From: a virus
Virus record (IMG/VR): IMGVR_UViG_3300045941_000175
Direction: 5' to 3' (one strand)
Length of the DNA stretch: 48,968 nucleotides
Numbering within the stretch: the first letter of the stretch is position 1; every line of letters begins with the position of its first letter. The position numbers and the translations under genes were made by a program. Shown here one piece after another: positions 41,291 through 48,614 of this stretch. The notes below the pieces were generated by a model that had not been told where the DNA came from, did no database searches, and was given only the letters and a program-made list of their open reading frames with translations.

Positions 41291-43124
41291 TTGTTGACTG
41301 CATTGCTTGGTCCGTTGCCGTCGGATTGTTGGTCATTCCGCCCTTCATGCGATCGAGCAAGCCGCCCATGGCGTCGGCAATCGCCGGAGCGGTTTGCGCA
41401 GTTTCACCGACATTGCGGCCGGCAATCGAGGCGTCTTTCGCCATTTCGGCGCCTTGTTTGCCCATGGCCATGGCCTTCATCATGTTCTGTTGCTGCATCG
41501 TGGCCTGACGATTTTGCGCCATGACCGTCTCGGGCACGATCACGTCGGCCGGCGCTCCAAAGATCTCGCGCAACAGGCGCACGGTCTTATCGAGATCGAA
41601 ATTGTCGAGAATGTCCGGCTTCACCTTCACCATTGGCAGGGCGACATTGAGCAATTGCGTGGTGCCGACACCTTCATTGGCCCGCCGCATGCGGTCCAAT
41701 GGCGAGGTCATCTTGACCGAGATCGGCATGCCGCGCAGCGATTCGGGCGGCGCCAGCGGCGAATTCGGACGGAAAATCCCGCGCCGGCTCAGAATGCCGA
41801 GCTCGCGATCGCACATGACAGACAGGGCGCCTTGGATCTTGCCGCCGGCCGGACCGAGCAATTCGCCCTTTTCGTTCGACCGAATCATCGCCTCGGTCGC
41901 GGTCATTTCCGGGTTTTTAATGAGTGTTTGGAACAGGTTAATGTAGAGGGTTTCCTTGACCTGGGTGCGCCGCACCTCCATGACTTTCTCGGCAAAGTCG
42001 GGCGATTGCGCCGTAATCAGCGGCTTGACCCGCAGCGAGCCGTCGGCGCCGACCGCGCCCAAATTGACGGCGCGGGGATTGAGGTTCGGCCGGTTCATCA
42101 CCCCGTCATTGGGCATTCCGAGCGGCGGATCGGTCCACTGCCCGAAGGCGCGGAGCTCGCCCTTGCCCATGAGTTGCAGCGATTTGATTTCCGAGAGCGC
42201 CAGCATGATCGGGCTTTCGGCATAAGGCCCGTTGTCTTGCTGCAGCCAGTGATAGACGGAGAAGGGGAATTCGTGAAAGCCGCCGTCGCCCAGCATGTGC
42301 TCGGTGTCGATCTCACAATAGTAGGAAGCGATTTGGCTTCCCCGCATTGTGCCCTCGAGATTGGCGCTTCCCATTTCCATGCGCGGGCAGACAGCGTGAA
42401 TAACCGGCACGATCACATCGTATTCGCCGTTATCCCAAGCTTGCTGCACCCTGGTTGAGACGCGCTTACGCTCGAACTTCTGCACCAATTGCTTCACGGT
42501 GAAGCGTCGGATCCGGAAATTGGTATCGACGTTGCCGTAGTCGTTGGTCGCCAGCAGGTTTTCGGTGAGCGGACAGTATTGATAGCGGTAGGGCGTCGGC
42601 ACGTCGCCTGGCCGGATGCGCATGTCGTCTTGCTCGATATACATAACGCCGGTCCCGAAGGCGACACACGATCGCATGGCTTTTTGGTGTGACGGGATAA
42701 AGCCGGCGCGGGGATCGTAGCGCAGCGCAAATTGGAAATTGCGTAGCCGTTCCAGGTAAATGTTTTCCTCATCCGTGGTCTTGTCGTGCATGATGTCGGC
42801 AACGCTCAAGCCGTGCCACTTTTCCGATTGCGGCGTGACGAGCGATTCCATGCCGGACGCCAGCCGGTCGCAGGCCATCATGCCGGTATTGTCGTAGATC
42901 GATTTCACGCGATTGGTGGAATTCGGGCCAGGCATGGTGCTGCCGCTAATGCGACCGCTGCCATAACCACTGACGCCGCCGCCGTACATCATGTACGAGA
43001 ATGCGGTCTCCACCGATTCGGTCGGCATCACCAGCTTGGCAATGTCGAGCCAGATCGTGACCCAATTCACGCGATCGGAAGACATGACATTGGCGCGATC
43101 AATAATGTCTGCCGCTATGCCCAC
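41223..43124 (-). CDS. Portal (head-to-tail connector) protein (633 aa)
   Basis: The size, its position upstream of scaffold and capsid, and the N-terminal ...SSDRVNWVTIWLDIAKLVMP... pattern are typical of T7-gp8-like connectors (recollection). Confidence 0.8.
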   Translation of the reverse strand: MGIAADIIDRANVMSSDRVNWVTIWLDIAKLVMPTESVETAFSYMMYGGGVSGYGSGRISGSTMPGPNSTNRVKSIYDNTGMMACDRLASGMESLVTPQSEKWHGLSVADIMHDKTTDEENIYLERLRNFQFALRYDPRAGFIPSHQKAMRSCVAFGTGVMYIEQDDMRIRPGDVPTPYRYQYCPLTENLLATNDYGNVDTNFRIRRFTVKQLVQKFERKRVSTRVQQAWDNGEYDVIVPVIHAVCPRMEMGSANLEGTMRGSQIASYYCEIDTEHMLGDGGFHEFPFSVYHWLQQDNGPYAESPIMLALSEIKSLQLMGKGELRAFGQWTDPPLGMPNDGVMNRPNLNPRAVNLGAVGADGSLRVKPLITAQSPDFAEKVMEVRRTQVKETLYINLFQTLIKNPEMTATEAMIRSNEKGELLGPAGGKIQGALSVMCDRELGILSRRGIFRPNSPLAPPESLRGMPISVKMTSPLDRMRRANEGVGTTQLLNVALPMVKVKPDILDNFDLDKTVRLLREIFGAPADVIVPETVMAQNRQATMQQQNMMKAMAMGKQGAEMAKDASIAGRNVGETAQTAPAIADAMGGLLDRMKGGMTNNPTATDQAMQSTNALLSQFGKAPVPPSSGFPSGA

Positions 43125-43127
43125 GAT

Positions 43128-43436
43128 CTAGCCTCCGTACCGGTTATAGGCTTCGATCTCGTACGGATTTTTGCGGTAGCCTACGCGCAACAAAAACCAA
43201 AAATACTTAAGGTGCCAGCGGATCAATCCTTCGCGTTCCATCTGTTCGTAGTGCACCCGCTCATGCTGGCGTAGCACCTCGAGTTGGCCGCGGGCATAAA
43301 TGTCGCGCCGGACGTGAACGCAACGCCATGGCATCGGGATTGCCCACATATCGAACGGCCGCAGGAAGCAGTGTTCCCACAGCCAATTGGCCGGCCTAAA
43401 CCATGGTTCCCAATACAGCTTGGCGGGCGGTCCCAT
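43128..43436 (-). CDS. Small Trp-rich protein with an HExxH motif (102 aa)
   Basis: ...LRQHERVHYEQMEREG...EIEAY... HERVH is encoded at 43251-43265. Confidence 0.5.
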   Translation of the reverse strand: MGPPAKLYWEPWFRPANWLWEHCFLRPFDMWAIPMPWRCVHVRRDIYARGQLEVLRQHERVHYEQMEREGLIRWHLKYFWFLLRVGYRKNPYEIEAYNRYGG

Positions 43437-43630
43437 TACGTAACCTGTGAAGCGGCGCGGCTCGCGCCCAGCACGACCGGCGGGTTATCCTGAATTTTTT
43501 GCGTCAATTGTTTGTCGGACTCGTCCAACCGGTTCAGACGATCACGCTGTTCCTGGTCAGTTTGCGACGGCCCCGTCGAAGACGACGGATAAGGCACGTA
43601 CTGCGTTTGGCCGCTGGAAAAGCACATCAT
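43436..43630 (-). CDS. gp6.7-like small virion protein paralog 4 (64 aa)
   Basis: MMCFSSGQTQYVPYP...DNPPVVLGASRAASQVT. Its start overlaps the upstream gene by 4 nt, and its stop shares 1 nt with the next start. Confidence 0.6.
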   Translation of the reverse strand: MMCFSSGQTQYVPYPSSSTGPSQTDQEQRDRLNRLDESDKQLTQKIQDNPPVVLGASRAASQVT

Positions 43631-43839
43631 GTCACCCCTGACACTGCGGAGCCCTTGGCGGTCCCGCCCAGCGTGTCGGCCGGCGGATTGTCAATCAATT
43701 GCGTTTGCCCGGAGAGCAAGCCGGCGCGGATCTCCTGAAAGCGCTGGAATGAATCGGAACCGGGCGGCGCCGGCGTGTCTTTTGGCGCCTGCGGTTGTGG
43801 CATGTATTGCGGTGAACTTCCTCCCCCGAAGCACATCAC
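43627..43839 (-). CDS. gp6.7-like small virion protein paralog 3 (70 aa)
   Basis: MMCFGGGSSPQYMPQP...DNPPADTLGGTAKGSAVSGVT. Confidence 0.6.
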   Translation of the reverse strand: MMCFGGGSSPQYMPQPQAPKDTPAPPGSDSFQRFQEIRAGLLSGQTQLIDNPPADTLGGTAKGSAVSGVT

Positions 43840-44042
43840 TCGTTTCCTCGCTGTTTTCTATCAGGCTCGGAAATTTTGGTTGCGTTCGATCCGTACTTAT
43901 CGATCGCCTGCGCATTCTTGGCGGCATCATCGCCAAGCGCTGCATGCAATCGCGCCAATCGCGCCACCTCGGCCTGGCTGGCGCCGCCCGGATCGGGCGG
44001 AGTGTAGTATTGAACTTGATTGCCGCCGCCGCCCATGCACAT
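43836..44042 (-). CDS. gp6.7-like small virion protein paralog 2 (68 aa)
   Basis: MCMGGGGNQVQYYTPPDPGG... Confidence 0.6.
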   Translation of the reverse strand: MCMGGGGNQVQYYTPPDPGGASQAEVARLARLHAALGDDAAKNAQAIDKYGSNATKISEPDRKQRGNE

Positions 44043-44051
44043 GGCGGTCTC

Positions 44052-44258
44052 CTATGCGACGTTTGATTGACCGAGTTTGACGGCTTGCGAAGTCGTGCCG
44101 TAGTCGGATGCACCAAGGCCGCCGGTGAGAACGGTTGACCCCAGGCCGGCCGCGGCGATCGCCTTTTGCCGTTCCTGTTGCACTCGCGTCAAAGCTTCTT
44201 GTTTGTCAGTTGACGGTGGCTGGGGCGGAGGGGGCGGAGGCGGGCTTCCCATGCACAT
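44052..44258 (-). CDS. gp6.7-like small virion protein paralog 1 (68 aa)
   Basis: MCMGSPPPPPPPQPP...GSTVLTGGLGASDYGTTSQ... Start trimmed from track ORF 44052..44465. It shares the ATGTGCATGGG start with paralog 2. Confidence 0.55.
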   Translation of the reverse strand: MCMGSPPPPPPPQPPSTDKQEALTRVQQERQKAIAAAGLGSTVLTGGLGASDYGTTSQAVKLGQSNVA

Positions 44259-44805
44259 GGTCTTTGTCTCCGAAGGTGGCGTTGCCGTGCTTCCCGAATC
44301 CGGCAAATTCGGAACGTAGCCAGCTATACTGCAGGAATCGCTCTTTGTCTTTACCCCACTGCGGGAGCTCGCAATCCTGCCGGAAACCAAGCCATTCCAG
44401 CCAGCGGTGTGCTTGATGGTGCGTGGCGATTGAACGCGCCTCGATGCGGATGGCGCCGAGCGCATCGAGTCGATCGATCAATGATGGTTTGGCTTTTGCC
44501 CAGCGGGCTATCTCGGCCATGCACAGGTTCTTTTTGGGCGACCCCCAGGCCCAGGCCGACAACAGGTGCGGCATCAAAAGATGCTGCGGGGTAAATCCAA
44601 ACGCGAATTCCGGATTGTCGTTAAGCCAGGCGCACCAGGCAATTCCGCCGTAGGCATCGAGCGCTTCCCAGGTCAGATAGCCGCATTCGGTCATGTTACG
44701 CGGACCTGAGGCTAAGATTTCCTGCTTATCCTCTGCGGTCGCGTTGGCGGCGACGTAACAAAGGTCACGTCGGGTTGCCAGGCGGATCTCCACCTTCACT
44801 GCCAT
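44206..44805 (-). CDS. GNAT-fold (acetyltransferase-like, possibly T7 gp13-like) protein (199 aa)
   Basis: IRLATRRDLCYVAAN... start and ...HHQAHRWLEWLGF... near the C-terminus fit the GNAT pattern. The last 53 nt overlap paralog 1. Confidence 0.45.
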   Translation of the reverse strand: MAVKVEIRLATRRDLCYVAANATAEDKQEILASGPRNMTECGYLTWEALDAYGGIAWCAWLNDNPEFAFGFTPQHLLMPHLLSAWAWGSPKKNLCMAEIARWAKAKPSLIDRLDALGAIRIEARSIATHHQAHRWLEWLGFRQDCELPQWGKDKERFLQYSWLRSEFAGFGKHGNATFGDKDHVHGKPASAPSAPATVN

Positions 44806-45148
44806 TGCCTTTTTTGCCTTTTTGTTCGTCGCCGTAGGACGGTTCGCGCACCATGATAATGGCCGGTTGCTGGCGCTTTGCTTTGCAGGCGATATAGAAC
44901 AAGGCCCGCCCTGGCCCCGTCGCTTTGACGACGGTCTCGGGCGGGCCGTGATCGTGATAGCCGTTTTCGCGCAACAGCTTTAGAAAATGCCGGGACGCCG
45001 ATAGCGCGGCGGATTTCATTTCGTCTTCCGGCGAAAAATCCCCCGCCGCGATGAACAGCATTTCGACCGAGAACACCTGCAGCTTGGGGTCGTAGATCAC
45101 GCTACCAATTTGCAGGGTCCCCGCGCTGCGCGGTTGCAAAGGTTTCAT
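44765..45148 (-). CDS. Hypothetical protein (127 aa)
   Basis: ORF within the leftward operon. Its 3' end overlaps the next gene by 41 nt. Confidence 0.5.
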   Translation of the reverse strand: MKPLQPRSAGTLQIGSVIYDPKLQVFSVEMLFIAAGDFSPEDEMKSAALSASRHFLKLLRENGYHDHGPPETVVKATGPGRALFYIACKAKRQQPAIIMVREPSYGDEQKGKKGNGSEGGDPPGNPT

Positions 45149-45157
45149 CCGTTCGCG

Positions 45158-45457
45158 TCACGTAGATGCGGCGGCCACATTGGTAGCGCCGCCGGCCGGC
45201 GGCGGCGACTTTCCCAGGTCAACGTCCTCGATCTTGACGCTTTGCATGTTGACCATAAACGGAGGCTGACCAAACCGATGCACGATTATCTGGTCAGGGT
45301 TGTTGTCGTGAATGGCGGAACTGCCGCCCATGCGATCGACAAGCGCCAGGATGAGCGGGCGTATCCGCTCCTCCTCGGCGGACTTTTTCGCCGCCTTGCG
45401 GACGCGCTTCTTGGCCCTTTTCTTGGCGGCTTTTTTCGTCTTTTTACCCTTCGGCAT
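45158..45457 (-). CDS. Protein with histone-H1-like Lys/Ala-rich N-terminal tail (99 aa)
   Basis: GGGAGA SD. MPKGKKTKKAAKKRAKKRVRKAAKKSAEEE, then a globular part. Confidence 0.55.
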   Translation of the reverse strand: MPKGKKTKKAAKKRAKKRVRKAAKKSAEEERIRPLILALVDRMGGSSAIHDNNPDQIIVHRFGQPPFMVNMQSVKIEDVDLGKSPPPAGGATNVAAAST

Positions 45458-45653
45458 TTTCGATTCTCCCTGTTGACAGGTCGACCACAATGGCCGGCCC
45501 CCGCGGTCTCTCAATCACGACGATGTCGGAGTCGTAGATTGTGTACCGAAGATCGAGACGCATGAGTAGGCGATAGAAGGCGGAACGAGCGCAACGATTT
45601 TGCTCGGCCAGCTTCATGTAGGGGACGCGATCGAGCGCCAGGTCAAGCGACAC
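45444..45653 (-). CDS. Possible small HTH protein (about 69 aa; GTG start proposed)
   Basis: ...LDRVPYMKLAEQNRCARSAFYRLLMRL... is HTH-like. AAGGTG lies upstream of the GTG at 45653. The track ATG at 45824 gives a Pro/Arg-rich extension. Confidence 0.4.
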   Translation of the reverse strand: MSLDLALDRVPYMKLAEQNRCARSAFYRLLMRLDLRYTIYDSDIVVIERPRGPAIVVDLSTGRIENAEG

Positions 45654-45909
45654 TGAATGCACCTTTGCGTTCACGCATTTCGAGCGAGGCCTTGAGCACA
45701 TCGTCCTCGCGCTGGGCCAGGTCGCGGGCTCGGGCATCCAGGCACACCGCGGCGAATTCAATCTCTGCGCACAGCCGGTCGAGGGTGGCGGCGCGGCGGA
45801 TGAGATCGGCGGCCATGCTGTCAAGCATTTGCGCGTCGATAAGGCTGGCGTTCACCTTTGCCGGCGCAAGGCTTGGCGCGTCATGTTTATTGCCGAACAT
45901 TTCCATCAT
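45643..45909 (-). CDS. Hypothetical coiled-coil protein (88 aa)
   Basis: ATGA overlap with the upstream stop. MMEMFGNKHDAPSLAPAKVN... Confidence 0.5.
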   Translation of the reverse strand: MMEMFGNKHDAPSLAPAKVNASLIDAQMLDSMAADLIRRAATLDRLCAEIEFAAVCLDARARDLAQREDDVLKASLEMRERKGAFSVA

Positions 45910-46217
45910 CCTATTGTCGGCGGGCCGGCCTGCGGATGCTCCGGTCCGTACAATCGCAGCACCTCCGCTTTGGTCTTGTCCGCGACGTATTGCTTGAATC
46001 GGAACAGGATCAGGTCGGCAATCTGGTAGTCGTCCATGCCGCCCTTGCGGCATTCCTTCATCCATTCGACGATTTTCTCCGCCGCCATCGAATAGGCGGC
46101 GTTTGCCAGGGCCTCGCGCACAGGTCGCGGCAGCATGTCGAAATAGTCAAAATGATTGGCCTCAAGGACGATCTTTTCGCCCTTGATGTTTCCGTGCTTC
46201 GAATCAGTCGTGCTCAT
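45906..46217 (-). CDS. Hypothetical protein (103 aa), apparently leaderless
   Basis: MSTTDSKHGNIKGEKIVLEANHFDYFDMLPRPVREALANAAY... The ATG lies 8 nt downstream of a GATTAT -10 box, with no SD. Confidence 0.55.
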   Translation of the reverse strand: MSTTDSKHGNIKGEKIVLEANHFDYFDMLPRPVREALANAAYSMAAEKIVEWMKECRKGGMDDYQIADLILFRFKQYVADKTKAEVLRLYGPEHPQAGPPTIG

Positions 46218-46225
46218 GGCAGCGA

Positions 46226-46266
46226 ATAATCCTCGATTTTTGCCGGAGGTCAAGAGTGGCCTTGAC
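46226..46266 (-). promoter_or_regulatory. Promoter CTTGAC-N17-GATTAT (leftward) embedded in the palindrome GTCAAG-agtggc-CTTGAC
   Basis: Minus-strand -35 at 46254-46249 and -10 at 46231-46226. ATG at 46217. The dyad spans 46249-46266. Confidence 0.5.
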
Positions 46267-46278
46267 AGGTCCACAGAC

Positions 46279-46617
46279 TTAAAAGGTCCCCGCAATGCGC
46301 AGGTCCCATGGCAGAAAACGCAGCAGAATATCAAGCGGGACCGGCGTTATGAGAAGCGGCCCCCGCGGGGCAAGCGCCACGGCAGCGACCGGGAGGCGAA
46401 CCGCGCCATAGGCCGGAACGGGCGGCTTTTTGCCCATCCTGTGCCGGGTGCGGCCGCGCTGGTTATCCCAGCATCGCGCCGGCCCATGCCAATATAGATG
46501 GTCCCGCGGGTACTTAGCGCGGGCTTCCCGCATCGTCATGCAGGATGGCGAGGCATCCACCCGCACGATCGCAATGGCAAGCGCGATGGCCAGGCTACTT
46601 AAGAGCAACGCCCGCAT
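46279..46617 (-). CDS. Secreted/signal-peptide protein (112 aa)
   Basis: MRALLLSSLAIALAIAIVRVDASPS... Confidence 0.5.
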   Translation of the reverse strand: MRALLLSSLAIALAIAIVRVDASPSCMTMREARAKYPRDHLYWHGPARCWDNQRGRTRHRMGKKPPVPAYGAVRLPVAAVALAPRGPLLITPVPLDILLRFLPWDLRIAGTF

Positions 46618-46999
46618 TCTCGCCCCCGTTGACCGGCAAGCGTCGAATCAGGTTTTCCAGCCTGGCAGTATCAACCGCCGCAGGTTCCGGCTTGGGCTGT
46701 GGCACGGCCGCCGGGGCAAAGGCTGCAGCCTTGGCGGCGCGCATGGCCTCATCGATGGTCATGCGGACGGTGTTCAGATTGGTGACGAGCTCCGTTGAGA
46801 AGCGCATGTAGTGGTCACGCTCGGCCATGGCCTGGGCCAGGCGACTTTCGAGTTGCGATGATTTTTCGCGGAACAGCGCCAGGTCGACCCGCAGGCGATC
46901 GTTCTCGGCCTGCAATTGGTCGCGATGGATCACGATTTGATTGAGCGCTTCCACCCCCTTGGCCGCTGTTTCCTGCAGCGTCGGCGTTTTCGGTGTCAT
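46595..46999 (-). CDS. Coiled-coil protein (134 aa)
   Basis: AGGAGAAAG SD plus ATG at 46999. ...DQLQAENDRLRVDLALFREKSSQLESRLAQAMAERD... Confidence 0.55.
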   Translation of the reverse strand: MTPKTPTLQETAAKGVEALNQIVIHRDQLQAENDRLRVDLALFREKSSQLESRLAQAMAERDHYMRFSTELVTNLNTVRMTIDEAMRAAKAAAFAPAAVPQPKPEPAAVDTARLENLIRRLPVNGGENAGVALK

Positions 47000-47015
47000 G
47001 GCTTTCTCCTGTTGC

Positions 47016-47339
47016 TTAAACACGGCGATAGATCCGCACGACTGACGCATGCCGTGACTTGGTCCGCGCCATCCGGTAGCGACCGGTGAATTTGAGAACG
47101 CCCTCGCGTTCCGCCTTTTTGGTGAGGGGACCCCATATATTGGTCGAATGCGGGTACGGGCACCCGGCCTGCAGGATGATGACCCGAATGTCCTCGCAGG
47201 CGACGTCGATCCCCCAAGGGGTTAATTTCCTGAGGTACGCATAGGCGAGATCGAACCACTCGCCGGAATTGGCGGTCACTTTCTCCATGCCGGCGTCCCG
47301 CAATGCCATGCCGGCAAACAGGTCAAATTGGCTCGACAT
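47016..47339 (-). CDS. Conserved-looking prophage protein (107 aa), function unknown
   Basis: AAGGTGGAG SD. MSSQFDLFAGMALRDAGMEKVTANSGEW... is a pattern I recall from many prophages. Confidence 0.6.
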   Translation of the reverse strand: MSSQFDLFAGMALRDAGMEKVTANSGEWFDLAYAYLRKLTPWGIDVACEDIRVIILQAGCPYPHSTNIWGPLTKKAEREGVLKFTGRYRMARTKSRHASVVRIYRRV

Positions 47340-47394
47340 TGCTCCACCTTTCCCCAGCTTTCCCGTCGTTGCTGGCGCGAATCAGCGCAAGGCT

Positions 47395-47426
47395 AACCTT
47401 GACGACTGTCAAGCCGGACGTCTAGC
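47395..47426 (+). promoter_or_regulatory. Operator palindrome TAACCTTGAC-gact-GTCAAG overlapping a candidate rightward promoter
   Basis: Dyad at 47398-47413, near-identical to 10608-10623 including the TAAC flank. TAGCAT lies 19 nt after the -35. Confidence 0.45.
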
Positions 47427-47463
47427 ATGCCGAATCGCTTATCAACAGCTACGGAGAGAGCCA

Positions 47464-48072
47464 ATGAAGCGCAAATCGGTGTTTGCAAAGACCCGGCATA
47501 AATTCCTCCTCAAATACGAGGATGGCGAGGGCCGTGAGCACAAGATCGTGGCCTGGGCCAGAGTGCGGCCGGCCAAGCGGGCGGTTGACCTTGTGCTCGA
47601 GGACAAGCACGTCAGAAAGTCGATCAAGCTTGGTGGCGTTGGTTCCACCTCATCGTGTGCGGTCGCGGTGTGCGGCTCCAATCACAAGGACGCCTTCCCG
47701 CACAAGGTCACAGGTTTGATTGACATAAGCCCGACGCGGGCCTGGGTCGCATCCAAGCTTGACCGCTTCGGCCTGCCGGCCGAGTGCGTTCAGTATGACC
47801 ATCATCATGGCGACATTGTCTATTTGAACGACACCCATGGCGGCCAGGAAAAGTTGCTCGCCCAAATCGAGCGCGACGGTCCGATGACCATTTCGCTTTT
47901 GCCCAAGCGGGTGCGGTCCAAGGCTGGCCGCTCCGGCAAGGGGCGGGTGAAGCGCGGCACCCGCGATGCCGACGTGCTTCTCGGTAAGCGCGGTGGCAAA
48001 AGGCGTTATGCGTTTGCGCAATTGTCGAGTGAGCAGGCCAAGATTGCCGCGGCCGCGAACGGCGTCACCTGA
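47464..48072 (+). CDS. Hypothetical basic protein (202 aa); lone rightward gene inside leftward blocks
   Basis: GGAGAGAG SD plus ATG at 47464 (trimmed from 47269). MKRKSVFAKTRHKFLLKYEDGEGREHKIVAW... No domain recognised. Confidence 0.6.
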   Translation: MKRKSVFAKTRHKFLLKYEDGEGREHKIVAWARVRPAKRAVDLVLEDKHVRKSIKLGGVGSTSSCAVAVCGSNHKDAFPHKVTGLIDISPTRAWVASKLDRFGLPAECVQYDHHHGDIVYLNDTHGGQEKLLAQIERDGPMTISLLPKRVRSKAGRSGKGRVKRGTRDADVLLGKRGGKRRYAFAQLSSEQAKIAAAANGVT

Positions 48073-48077
48073 GAGCG

Positions 48078-48113
48078 AAAAGGCCGCCGGCGTTGCCTCA
48101 CTTGCCGGCGGCC
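48078..48113 (-). terminator. Hairpin between convergent genes; terminator-like on the minus strand
   Basis: ggccgccggc / gccggcggcc 10-bp stem (48082-48091 and 48104-48113). It has a T-tract only on the minus strand (plus-strand AAAA at 48078-48081). Confidence 0.5.
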
Positions 48114-48120
48114 CTCCCCA

Positions 48121-48417
48121 CTAGCGCAGAAGCTTGGCGCGGTGCACTCGGTACACCGCATTCCTTATCATTTGGACGCGATCGTCTTTCGACACATCGC
48201 GCTCCTCGGCGGGCGTCAATTTCCGCAATTGCAAATTCTCATCGAAGGCCAGCACGTTTCCGCAAGCGATGCAGACGGTGAAGTCGCCGGGTGAAGGGGT
48301 AGGGACACCCTCGGTTTTATCGGCAACAACACCGGCTGCACCGGTGCATTGTAATCCGCATGATGGGCATTGCGAGCCCGGTTTGACCTTGACTGATTCC
48401 GTAATGTGCATGCTCAT
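48121..48417 (-). CDS. Zinc-ribbon protein (98 aa)
   Basis: ATGA overlap with the upstream stop. MSMHITESVKVKPGSQCPSCG...FTVCIACGN... Trimmed from track ORF 48121..48579. Confidence 0.55.
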   Translation of the reverse strand: MSMHITESVKVKPGSQCPSCGLQCTGAAGVVADKTEGVPTPSPGDFTVCIACGNVLAFDENLQLRKLTPAEERDVSKDDRVQMIRNAVYRVHRAKLLR

Positions 48418-48614
48418 AGCGGCAACCGCGGTTCGTCCTGTTCGGCCAATTTTCGATAGTCTTCGACGATTGCCGCCATCACCGCGATTTGGCGATCGGC
48501 CACTTCCTGGCTTAACTGATTTTCCGCGACCCAGCGCGGATAGACCTTGCGGCGCATTCGGAGCTCGCGCTCGGCGCATTTAAGTTTCGTCCGTGCATCG
48601 ATCGGCGTCGTCAT
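48414..48614 (-). CDS. Hypothetical protein (66 aa)
   Basis: 4-nt overlaps with both neighbours. MTTPIDARTKLKCAERELRMRRKVYPRWV... Confidence 0.5.
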   Translation of the reverse strand: MTTPIDARTKLKCAERELRMRRKVYPRWVAENQLSQEVADRQIAVMAAIVEDYRKLAEQDEPRLPL

